This document shows, piece after piece, positions 37,070 to 45,688 of a DNA stretch of 64,000 nt (position 1 is its first letter; each line of letters opens with the position of its first letter). The position numbers and the translations under genes were made by a program. Origin of the DNA: an uncultured Fibrobacterota bacterium (GTDB lineage: Bacteria; Fibrobacterota; Chitinivibrionia; Chitinivibrionales; WJKA01); the NCBI GenBank assembly GCA_964589825.1, contig CAZPUS010000003.1:64275-128274 (forward strand), in the 5' to 3' direction. The notes under the pieces were generated by a model. The model did not search any database. It saw nothing but the letters and a program-made list of their open reading frames with translations, and was not told the DNA's origin.

Positions 37070-38866
37070 ATGAAAGTAATAATCGCACAACATGCAGGGT
37101 TTTGTATGGGGGTAAAGCGTGCAGTCGATCTTGCGATCGATGAATCACGCAAAGCCCGGCGTCCCATCTATACGCTCGGGCCGCTCATCCACAATATACA
37201 GACGCTGGAGCTTTTAACATCAAAAGGTGTATATGATATAAAAGATTGTGATCCTCCGCCTGAACACGCACACATCCTCGTACGCGCACATGGCGTCACC
37301 CCGGAAACGGAAGAGAATTATCGGGAACAGGGCTATACACTTATCGACGGGACATGCCCGAAAGTCAAGACCGTTCACAGGGTGATCGAAAAATACCGGG
37401 AAAAAGGGTATTATATTGTCATTATCGGAGATCGCGGACACGCCGAAGTTGAAGGGCTTCTCGGTTATGCCGGAGGAGAAGGCACGGTTATTTCTCAAGA
37501 AAGCGATATCGAATCGTTACCCGAAAAAGATAAAATATGCGTTGTTTCCCAAACTACCTTCAACAGCTCGGAATTCGATTCGTTAACCGATACACTGCGG
37601 CAACGTCTTCCTGCGGCCGAATTTGTAATAAAAAAAACAATATGTGCCGCTACCAATAAACGACAGGCGGAAATCCGGAACCTCGCCACGCAGGTGGATG
37701 CGCTCGTGGTAGTGGGTGGAAAACACAGTGCGAACACGACGCGTCTGGCCCATATCGGCTGCAAAGCCGGACTGCCGACACAGCACGTAGAGACAGAAAA
37801 AGAACTCGATACAGAAGCCCTCTCTCGCTATTCCACGGTAGGCGTCACGGCCGGTGCCTCGACCCCAAACTGGATGATAAAGCGTGTCGCCGCCACGATC
37901 GGTGCACTCGATACACAATCGCGAAACTACATAAACCGCTTCACACTAAAAGCACTCCATCTGCTTGGCTACTGTAATATATTTATGGCCTTTAGTGCGG
38001 TATGCGCTTCGTTTTTTTCCTGTGTGGTCCAGGACATATTCTTTTTCCAACCCCGCATACTACTAAGTACCGCGGCCATATTCCTCTACTTCTTCTCAAT
38101 GCATTTGTGGAACAGTGTAGCCAATAGTGAAATCACTCAGCATCTTGGTGTCGCGAGATATACTTTTTACAGCAGACATAAACGGCTGCTTCTTTCTTGT
38201 GCAGGCCTAGGTATGGGTCTTTTGCTCCTTCTGAGCAGCATACCGAATCGCGCGGTGTTTTTTCTCATGCTTTTTTCGACAGTAATCGGACTCGCCTATC
38301 ACCTCCCCGTGGTCCCGGCCTTTTTGCGACGAATCATTCCCTATCGCAGCATCAAAGATGTACCTACATCAAAGGATCTTTTTGTGGCACTGGCCTGGGG
38401 TGCAATCATTACATTTATTTTCCAGGCCGGTGCAGATTTTTTCTTCCGTTTCGATATTTACGCAGCATCCGTATTTTTGATCCTGTTTTTCTATTCATAC
38501 ATCCGTTCTTTGCTTATGGACCTGCGGGATATAGAAGGAGACCGGATTATGGGACGTGAAACACTCATTACCCTTATAGGAGAAAAAAGGGCGCTCAGCG
38601 TCATCTATGTAATGCTGTTTTTCATAATTCTCGTATGCTGTCTCCCCGGTCTTTTTTCACTCTTGCACCACGGCAACCTTCGTTCGACCGACTACATATT
38701 GCTTCTGCAACTGCCGGGAGTCGCCTTCATAAAATTGATTATCGATCGAAAGGCCTATCGAACCATCGATGATCCTTCGATATTCAATTTGCTATGCAAT
38801 GCTCAGTTTTTTATTGTCGGTATACTTGCTCTTACAGGGTACATGGTACTACAAAGTATAGCCTGA
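37070..38866 (+). CDS. ispH: Fusion: 4-hydroxy-3-methylbut-2-enyl diphosphate reductase (IspH) + C-terminal 9-TM UbiA-like prenyltransferase domain
   Basis: 598 aa. Residues 1-~285 are IspH (GFCMGVKRA, DGTCPKV, ICAATNKRQ, GGKHSANT). The remainder has ~9 TM helices with a UbiA-type second Asp-rich motif LMDLRDIEGDRIMGRETL. The first NDxxDxxxD motif is not recognisable (WNSVANSEITQH). Confidence 0.85.
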   Translation: MKVIIAQHAGFCMGVKRAVDLAIDESRKARRPIYTLGPLIHNIQTLELLTSKGVYDIKDCDPPPEHAHILVRAHGVTPETEENYREQGYTLIDGTCPKVKTVHRVIEKYREKGYYIVIIGDRGHAEVEGLLGYAGGEGTVISQESDIESLPEKDKICVVSQTTFNSSEFDSLTDTLRQRLPAAEFVIKKTICAATNKRQAEIRNLATQVDALVVVGGKHSANTTRLAHIGCKAGLPTQHVETEKELDTEALSRYSTVGVTAGASTPNWMIKRVAATIGALDTQSRNYINRFTLKALHLLGYCNIFMAFSAVCASFFSCVVQDIFFFQPRILLSTAAIFLYFFSMHLWNSVANSEITQHLGVARYTFYSRHKRLLLSCAGLGMGLLLLLSSIPNRAVFFLMLFSTVIGLAYHLPVVPAFLRRIIPYRSIKDVPTSKDLFVALAWGAIITFIFQAGADFFFRFDIYAASVFLILFFYSYIRSLLMDLRDIEGDRIMGRETLITLIGEKRALSVIYVMLFFIILVCCLPGLFSLLHHGNLRSTDYILLLQLPGVAFIKLIIDRKAYRTIDDPSIFNLLCNAQFFIVGILALTGYMVLQSIA

Positions 38867-39003
38867 TTGACGTATGTTGCGAATATGCAACTCATCATGT
38901 CGCTTTTTGGAAAAACTCTGCCAGAACAGTATATTTTTTCATGATGACATACCGGGCCAAAGTGCGGCCTAAACTGAACGAGCGCCTGGATGTAAACCGG
39001 TGT

Positions 39004-39789
39004 TTACAGCACCACACTCACCACAATAAAGTTTGAGACCAGAATAAGAACCGAAGCCCCGACAACCGCACGGTTGGTCGCTTTTCCCACGCCCGTGGCG
39101 CCACCGGTGGTAATATAGCCGAAATAACATCCGGTAAGAGTAATAATCCCGCCGAATACAAACGCCTTAATCATACACACAATTACATCGTTGATACTGA
39201 ACAGCATCTTTATGCCGTTGTAAAAAGTCGCGTTGCTCACCCCGAGTCCCACATTCGCGATAAGTTGTGATGTTACGATCGCGAGAAACGATGAGTAAAT
39301 AACCAGTACCGGCATCATGATAAATCCGGCAAGTACCCGGGGGGCGAGAAGGTAGAGAAACGGATCCAGATACAGTACCTCCATGGCATCTATCTGATCG
39401 GTTACCCGCATCGATCCAAGCTCGGAGGCGAGCATGGCGCTTACACGACCGGTGATTACCAGACCGGTAAGCACGGGTCCCAGATCGACGAGTATCGCCT
39501 TGCCTACAGCTGCGCCGAGATAGGTGTAGGGTATGATAAAGGAAAAAAAGTACTGCGCCTGCCAGACGGTAATAATGCCGATAAAGACCGAAATGAGGGA
39601 TATAAGCGGCAGGGATCGTACACCGATACGCATGGATTGTTCAAAAAGCAGATAGTACCTCGTTCCATACGAAGGAAGTACTCGCATTACACGAAGGAAG
39701 AAAAGCATGAGACTTCCCACACGTTCCACCGCCTCCCGTATTGTTCGCCCCGTGGATTCCGCGGTCTCATCGATCAGGCGTGCAATCAT
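39004..39789 (-). CDS. mlaE: MlaE-family ABC transporter permease
   Basis: 261 aa. YLGAAVGKAILVDLGPVLTGLVITGRVSAMLASELGSMRVTDQIDAMEV is the MlaE/Ttg2B signature. Confidence 0.88.
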   Translation of the reverse strand: MIARLIDETAESTGRTIREAVERVGSLMLFFLRVMRVLPSYGTRYYLLFEQSMRIGVRSLPLISLISVFIGIITVWQAQYFFSFIIPYTYLGAAVGKAILVDLGPVLTGLVITGRVSAMLASELGSMRVTDQIDAMEVLYLDPFLYLLAPRVLAGFIMMPVLVIYSSFLAIVTSQLIANVGLGVSNATFYNGIKMLFSINDVIVCMIKAFVFGGIITLTGCYFGYITTGGATGVGKATNRAVVGASVLILVSNFIVVSVVL

Positions 39790-41003
39790 TATGTATCGCT
39801 CTCTTCTTCCATACAGGCCTCACGTTTCTCTTCAATAAACTGCAAAATAGTAAAAAACACCAGCCGATACGGAAACTTCCATACCATTACCAGTACGGGT
39901 CGGGTCATTTGAAACAACGATGTAGACAGACTCATGGATGCAGATATCGATATATCCGTTGTTTCGAAATCGGGGATATATTCGATATTGAATCTCCGCA
40001 GGTGATACATCCCGCAGGCATGTTGTAAAGCCCCCATTGCCCCTGCCATCATTCCGGTGGTGTCCGGCCCCCCGCACCGACCACACACCCGCAGATAAAA
40101 ATGACCGAATCCTAAAATACCTATCCCCGAGGCCACCGATGCAATGATCCACCTAAGAAGCTGCGCTCTCGTATCCGGCTGCTGCGCAATAGCCAACAGA
40201 TACTCCCCTGCCGAGCTGTGACGCACTATATACCAGCGTCCGCATTTACTCTTCTTTTTATTGTTACCTTCCCTTTCTTTGTCGTGTAAATGCTCCTGGT
40301 CGGTTTCAACTCCGTGTGCGGCCTCCTCCTGCTGTTGTGCGGTTTCCGCAGAGCCTTCTACGTCATCCGCATCTTTGGAGCCCGAATCCTCCAATGCCGA
40401 CGCATGCTCATGTGGCGGCCGATCAATTCGTTCATCTTCGTTGCTCCCGGAATTGAGAAGGGAATCGTCGCTTTGCTCCCTATCCGGTCCCTGCGGCGGT
40501 CGATGAGCAGAAACTTCATCCTGATTCCTCTCTTCCGGCTCTTCTGCCATATGAGAGGCTTCTTCGCGACCAACGACGCTACCCCTGTTCTCATCCCTGT
40601 TTGTTTTTTCTCCTTCTCCATTGCGCTGCGCTGAAAAATGGGTCGGTATCTTTTGTTCTGTATGCGGGGGCTGCTCTGCGTGGCTTTCGACGTTATGCAT
40701 TGACGGCGAATCCATATGAGCTTCGGTTGTTCTCCGCTCTTGCTTATTTCCCTCTCCATCATCTTCAGCTGTACGGGGGATTGTAAACCGTGACAGAATG
40801 ACGAAACGAAAACCATCACCGCCGGGTGCATATGACCATGACAAGACGACCGGGTGTATCCAGAAACCCTGCAGCGTGTTCCACCGTCCATGCGAATATT
40901 CGACGCATGCCTTAAACGGAGAAAAATAAAGAAGCAGCAGGAACCCGCACACAAGCATTGCCACCACCCCGATAATAAATAGTATCCACATGATAAATGA
41001 CAT
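39789..41003 (-). CDS. Hypothetical membrane protein with a long acidic disordered linker
   Basis: 404 aa. N-terminal TM (WILFIIGVVAMLVCGFLLLLYF), a ~180-aa E/D/Q-rich low-complexity region and a C-terminal globular part (GGPDTTGMMAGAMGAL). Overlaps the mlaE start by 1 nt. Confidence 0.55.
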   Translation of the reverse strand: MSFIMWILFIIGVVAMLVCGFLLLLYFSPFKACVEYSHGRWNTLQGFWIHPVVLSWSYAPGGDGFRFVILSRFTIPRTAEDDGEGNKQERRTTEAHMDSPSMHNVESHAEQPPHTEQKIPTHFSAQRNGEGEKTNRDENRGSVVGREEASHMAEEPEERNQDEVSAHRPPQGPDREQSDDSLLNSGSNEDERIDRPPHEHASALEDSGSKDADDVEGSAETAQQQEEAAHGVETDQEHLHDKEREGNNKKKSKCGRWYIVRHSSAGEYLLAIAQQPDTRAQLLRWIIASVASGIGILGFGHFYLRVCGRCGGPDTTGMMAGAMGALQHACGMYHLRRFNIEYIPDFETTDISISASMSLSTSLFQMTRPVLVMVWKFPYRLVFFTILQFIEEKREACMEEESDT

Positions 41004-41044
41004 GCTACTGACTCCGTTTGGGCAAACGCAGGAAACTCTTTTTA

Positions 41045-41205
41045 CCTAAATTGAACGGTTGTTTTGATGAATGCTGGGGTGAACCGTGCTGCTATCGTGT
41101 TCTCGCACATTATGGAGCACCCTTTTTGGTTGTCTCATGATTTGCGAGAGTACTAGAGTAGCGCGGATTGCAGCAGCTTTCGCGAACAAAACCGCTCAAT
41201 TCAGG
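41045..41205 (+). repeat. Imperfect-palindrome intergenic element (161 nt) flanked by a 5-bp direct repeat TTTTA
   Basis: Termini cctaaattgaacgg... and ...ccgctcaattcagg. The left half matches the reverse complement of the right half across ~75 nt. TTTTA at 41040-41044 and at 41206-41210. Confidence 0.8.
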
Positions 41206-41256
41206 TTTTATTTGAACCTGAATTATTCAATCAGGTAAACGGGCGTTATGATACCG

Positions 41257-42108
41257 CTATCCGGCCGGTAAAGACGCCCGGCTGTCGGCACCCATAATCT
41301 TCCCGTCTTCAGTGATCACCTCATCCATCGTGATATCGGTATAAGGGTCACGGGGCAGCGGTGACCGGGAAATCTGACACCCGAAGGCAACCCCCAGCAG
41401 TGGTATTCTTCCCTTGAGCTCCTCCAGAAAACTGTCATAATAATGTTTGCCCCGTCCAAGACGTCCTCCTTGTGCGTCAAACGCAACACCCGGACACAGC
41501 ACCAGGTCAAGATCGCTCTTGAGAAAATTGCCTTGTAAATGATCGAGCGGCTCCTGTATACCATACGTACATGTATGACAGTCACAGGTGATATCCGCGA
41601 CCTCCGCTATAACCAGCTCACAGCGATCTTCTTTACAGCACGGCAAAATTGTTCGCTTCCCGTCTGCCTTCATCTGTACGATCAACGCAGCGAGATCCAC
41701 CTCGTCCGCAAGCGCCATATAGACCATTATTGCCCGCGCATCACGGTAAAATGAGGTGTGCGCCACATGCCGACATATGGATGCCGACTTTGCCTGACGC
41801 TGGTCGTGAGACAATTCGGCGCGACGTCTGGAATAATACGCCCTCGATGTTTTTTTGCGTGCGGCCAGATCGTTATGGCTGGTGTCACGGACAACGTCAC
41901 GGGTGCTTTCTTTTACGCTGTGTATCGATTCATTTACCGGTTCAGTGATGTTCGACAGCTCCTCCCGCATCTGATCGCTGTAATACCGCGCTTTGGCGAA
42001 AAGCCTTCCGGCGGTTCGGATAAAGCGAGGCAGTTCTTTTGAACCGAAAAACAGAAGAAGAAGAATAAAAACAACGAGAAGTTCCGGAAAACCTACGCCG
42101 GTAATCAT
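41257..42108 (-). CDS. Fusion: TatA/TatB-family N-terminal module + 5-formyltetrahydrofolate cyclo-ligase
   Basis: 283 aa. The N-terminus MITGVGFPELLVVFILLLLFFGSKELPRFIRTAGRLFAKAR is a TatB-like TM plus amphipathic helix. The C-terminal ~190 aa is 5-FCL (VYMALADEVDL, GVAFDAQGGRLGRGKHYYDSFL). There is no internal Met before the 5-FCL part. 4-nt overlap with tatC. Confidence 0.8.
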   Translation of the reverse strand: MITGVGFPELLVVFILLLLFFGSKELPRFIRTAGRLFAKARYYSDQMREELSNITEPVNESIHSVKESTRDVVRDTSHNDLAARKKTSRAYYSRRRAELSHDQRQAKSASICRHVAHTSFYRDARAIMVYMALADEVDLAALIVQMKADGKRTILPCCKEDRCELVIAEVADITCDCHTCTYGIQEPLDHLQGNFLKSDLDLVLCPGVAFDAQGGRLGRGKHYYDSFLEELKGRIPLLGVAFGCQISRSPLPRDPYTDITMDEVITEDGKIMGADSRASLPAG

Positions 42109-42884
42109 TTATGGCCTCCCCCCTCTGTTTCCCGTTCTGGTCTCTTGTCTGATTTTTGGCCTGAGTTTTGCGCCGCAGCCATCGATATGAGAATACTTAC
42201 CCCATACAAGACAAGAAGGGGCGCGGCAAGAAACAGCTGAGATATGACATCGGGCGGCGTAATGAATGCAGCAAGTATAAAGAATATAACAAATGCATAT
42301 TTAAATTTTTTTACCAGAAAACGAGTGGAAATCACTCCCATTCTGGTAAGTACGAACGATATAACCGGCAGCTCGAATACGAGGCCGAACGCGAGTACGA
42401 TCTTGAGTAAAAAACCGATATACTCATTTGCACGAAAATAGGGCTCAAGGGATCCTGACGCATATCCCGCAAGAAATTTCATTACGTATGGCAGCATCAG
42501 ATAGCTGAATGCGGCACCCAGAAGAAAGCACATGGTCGATGCAATCGCAACCGGGGCAACGATTACTTTTTCACGCTTGTACAATCCAGGCCCGATAAAT
42601 TTCCACACCTGCCAGGATATCATCGGTACCGCAATGATGATACCTCCCGCAACCGCGATTTTAATACTGAGAAGCACCCCTTCTGCCGGTGCGGTAAAAA
42701 TGATCCTGGGTCTGGGTTCCGATATCCTGAGGGGATAGATCATCAGCAGATCGAAGATTTTTCGCCACCATATCCCGCATGGAATCGCACCAGCGATTAC
42801 CGCGGCTATCGACGCGATCATGCGCCACCGTAATTCTTCCAGATGCTGTAAAAACGGCATTTCCCTGTCGGCGTCTTCTGCCAT
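42105..42884 (-). CDS. tatC: Twin-arginine translocase subunit TatC
   Basis: 259 aa. MPFLQHLEELRWRMI with a 6-TM pattern. Confidence 0.92.
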   Translation of the reverse strand: MAEDADREMPFLQHLEELRWRMIASIAAVIAGAIPCGIWWRKIFDLLMIYPLRISEPRPRIIFTAPAEGVLLSIKIAVAGGIIIAVPMISWQVWKFIGPGLYKREKVIVAPVAIASTMCFLLGAAFSYLMLPYVMKFLAGYASGSLEPYFRANEYIGFLLKIVLAFGLVFELPVISFVLTRMGVISTRFLVKKFKYAFVIFFILAAFITPPDVISQLFLAAPLLVLYGVSILISMAAAQNSGQKSDKRPERETEGGGHK

Positions 42885-42893
42885 AATATCTCG

Positions 42894-43127
42894 TTACTGC
42901 TGGCGGTGTTGGTTTGTCCCGTTACCCCCGGACTCTTCATTCTGCCCTTTTTTACCATCTTCCGATGAAGCATCCTCGATTTGTGAATCGTTGTCCTCGG
43001 ACTGCGCCTTTTTAAATTCTTTAAGACCTTTGCCAAGCCCACTGGCCAGTTCGGGGATCTTTTTAGCGCCAAACAACAATATTACTACAACCAGAATAAT
43101 GAGCCATTCAGAACCTCCCGGAATCAT
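42894..43127 (-). CDS. tatA: Twin-arginine translocase subunit TatA
   Basis: 77 aa. [38 protein letters not shown]. Confidence 0.9.
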   Translation of the reverse strand: MIPGGSEWLIILVVVILLFGAKKIPELASGLGKGLKEFKKAQSEDNDSQIEDASSEDGKKGQNEESGGNGTNQHRQQ

Positions 43128-43412
43128 AATCCCTCCTTATTATTCAAGCGACTGTCATTATAAAAGATGCCATGCAGTAGCGTCGTATCACGACAACGTG
43201 AATCACCACAGACACATCCCTCTTATTTTGCAGTATGAAATATACATCACTGCGTAGAACCCGGTAAAATCAAATCCGCACGAAGTCGAGTGCACAACGT
43301 ATTTTTTTACATGCATACCGGTCTTCGTATGCCTGTTGCGTACCGTTTGACCGTATTCCTGTTGGATATCCAGACCGGCGGTCTTAACCACACCCTCTGC
43401 CTGTTACCATAA

Positions 43413-44198
43413 ATGTCGAAAAAAAACAAACCTCATACAAATCACACAGATGCGCAGGAGCGTATCGTATACGGTATCCATCCTGTGGAAGAGCTGCTGG
43501 CGGGACATGAACAAATGATCAATCATGTCTACATTGCCAAAGGCAAAACCAACAGCGCGCTATTCGGCCTTGTAAAGCAATGCAGAAAAAAAAAGCTGCC
43601 GTGCAACATGCTCCCGATGCAGAAGCTTAATGCAATATCGGGTACAACACGCCACCAGGGAGCGGTTGCAGCCTGCAGTCCCAGGGCATACCTTTCTGAA
43701 GCTGACTTCCTCGATTTAATCTCTCTGGCGGGCCATCCTCCGTGTGTCGTATGTCCTTCGTCAATGCAGGATCCCCGCAACCTTGGCTCGATTCTGCGCT
43801 CATGCTGGGCTTTCGGTGCAGACGGCATTTTGCTGGAACGGGCCCGGAGTGTGGGCCTTAATTCGACAGTAGCCAAAACATCCGCGGGCGCGAGCGAACA
43901 CCTGGCTATTGCCCGTCCCTATAATCTTGGCAACACAATACGCGAACTCACACAGCGTGGCTTTGCAATACTGGGTGCTCATGCACATGCCGGAGACTCG
44001 GTTCGCGATTTCGACTTTTCAGTACCGGTATGCTGCATTGTCGGCAGCGAAGACAAGGGGATCCCCCCTTACCTGAAAAAACTGTGTACCAGTCTGGTTC
44101 ATATACCCATGCAGCCACGATTCGATTCTCTGAATGCATCGGTTGCGGTAGCCGTAATGCTTTACGAATGCTATATTCAGAGAGCGGGACAAAATTGA
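43413..44198 (+). CDS. rlmB: SpoU/TrmH-family 23S rRNA 2'-O-methyltransferase
   Basis: 261 aa. N-terminal substrate-binding region, then DPRNLGSILRS, GSEDKGI and SLNASVAVAVMLYE. Confidence 0.8.
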   Translation: MSKKNKPHTNHTDAQERIVYGIHPVEELLAGHEQMINHVYIAKGKTNSALFGLVKQCRKKKLPCNMLPMQKLNAISGTTRHQGAVAACSPRAYLSEADFLDLISLAGHPPCVVCPSSMQDPRNLGSILRSCWAFGADGILLERARSVGLNSTVAKTSAGASEHLAIARPYNLGNTIRELTQRGFAILGAHAHAGDSVRDFDFSVPVCCIVGSEDKGIPPYLKKLCTSLVHIPMQPRFDSLNASVAVAVMLYECYIQRAGQN

Positions 44199-44222
44199 CT
44201 GCACGGCCCGAAGCCACCGATC

Positions 44223-45320
44223 ATGGTACGTTGCCATGACTGCCTGAATATTACCTGTGCCACATCATTCGATTTCATGACAACCACTATACAACTGACC
44301 GCCGGCCCTAAAATAAAAAATCCAATACTACGTGTCGCAGTATTGCTCATATGCCTGGTATCGCTCTTCTGTCACAAGTCTGCATCCCATAAGTCAAGAC
44401 ACTTTTTCAGGCTTGACACTATGGTGCGGATCACTCTCGCAGAGAAACCGTCAAACTCCGCGAAACTATGGCATACGATCGATTCAGTCCTTCTTGCATA
44501 CGAAAACCACTATTCATATAGCGACACGAGTTCTTTGCTATGGGATTTGAATCAAAACAAGCTTTCGCGTATCCGGGTCTCTTCAGATCTTTACAGGATG
44601 CTACGCATTTCGTGCGCGTTCGCTGAAACTACCACGGGCTATTTCGATCCAACAATATTACCGCTAAAAAAGGCCTGGGGGCTCACCTCTACCACACACT
44701 CTCCCCAAATAAGACCACCCGACTCCGCATTCGTCGATTCGGTTCTTACGCACATCGGATATGATAGAATCGATTTCGACTCCGCCGAACGAAACATCAT
44801 TTTTACCGACTCTCTTGTTGAGATCGACATGGGAGGAATAGCGAAGGGCTTTGCGATACAGGCTCTCGACAGCGTCATAAAATCATTCGGCATTTACGAT
44901 TTTTTAATCGATGCAGGAGGAGATATACTTGTCAGAGGGAATAAAAGTGACGGATCGAAATGGATAATTGGCATACGCCATCCCCGTGAATCGGGAATTA
45001 TCGCCCGGATAGAACCGGAAGAAGGAACTATCGTGACCAGTGGTGATTACGAACGCTATGTGGTTATTGACAGCATACGGTATTGCCATATTCTGAACCC
45101 TCACACCGGCTATCCCTGCCGTCGTTACCGTTCGGTGTCGGTCTGGTCTCCCAATCCGGTACGAGCGGACGTATTGAGCACGGCCTTTTTCTGCATGCCC
45201 CGAGACTCCGTATTCCGTTTTGTCAACAGACGGGATTCCTTACATTGTATGCTCATCGATTCTCTGGGCACCATCCACATTAGTGACGGTTGGGAAAAAC
45301 AAATGCATGTATATGAATAG
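44223..45320 (+). CDS. apbE: FAD:protein FMN transferase (ApbE family)
   Basis: 365 aa; the start may be M19 at 44277. GYFDPTILPLKKAWG, DMGGIAKGFA, SGDYERY and HILNPHTG. Confidence 0.85.
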   Translation: MVRCHDCLNITCATSFDFMTTTIQLTAGPKIKNPILRVAVLLICLVSLFCHKSASHKSRHFFRLDTMVRITLAEKPSNSAKLWHTIDSVLLAYENHYSYSDTSSLLWDLNQNKLSRIRVSSDLYRMLRISCAFAETTTGYFDPTILPLKKAWGLTSTTHSPQIRPPDSAFVDSVLTHIGYDRIDFDSAERNIIFTDSLVEIDMGGIAKGFAIQALDSVIKSFGIYDFLIDAGGDILVRGNKSDGSKWIIGIRHPRESGIIARIEPEEGTIVTSGDYERYVVIDSIRYCHILNPHTGYPCRRYRSVSVWSPNPVRADVLSTAFFCMPRDSVFRFVNRRDSLHCMLIDSLGTIHISDGWEKQMHVYE

Positions 45321-45322
45321 CA

Positions 45323-45462
45323 TATCTGCACGAATCATGCAAAATCGGCTGCCATCACGCCCGATACCGCTTCCCGCCATGTATCACGAATATACGTAAC
45401 GATTTGTATTTTACCCGAAAACACTTCTCTCCACAATGACTTTGCACGGGTATTCAAACCGT
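45323..45462 (+). repeat. Possible degenerate imperfect-palindrome element
   Basis: atcggctgccatcacgcccg, atgtatcacg and aatgactttgcacgg parallel agctgccatgaaccgtgctg, atggatcacgcg and catgacataaaactttgcgtac of the 56130 copy. The termini are weak. Confidence 0.3.
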
Positions 45463-45688
45463 ATCTCAACCCGGCATCGAAGTCGGTTGACAATTTGGGA
45501 ACATACATCCAGACAAAGTTTGGGGGCATATCCATTAACCGTCCACCCTCACTTCGTTCTGCATATGAAAACCGGTCGTAATACTATATTTCATGATACA
45601 TTGTTTCAGACGTATCCGCAGCGCTTTCGTTTTCATTTGCCTGCAGGATTAATCCCTTGCACTCTTTATGCTAATTCAGGAGGTCGCA

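Noticed and set aside
40290-40954. Several 80-200-aa ORFs in alternative frames and strands within the acidic region of the 404-aa gene
   Set aside because: Low-complexity GA-rich DNA keeps multiple frames open. Only the 39789-41003 frame has a TM start and coupling to mlaE.
43128-43412. Search for a 6S RNA (ssrS) near the 5-FCL gene, since ssrS-ygfA linkage is conserved in many bacteria
   Set aside because: The 285-nt spacer upstream of tatA shows direct repeats rather than inverted ones (cagagggtgtgg / agagggatgtgtctgtgg). There is no end-to-end pairing typical of 6S RNA. Nothing supportable can be said without a covariance-model scan.
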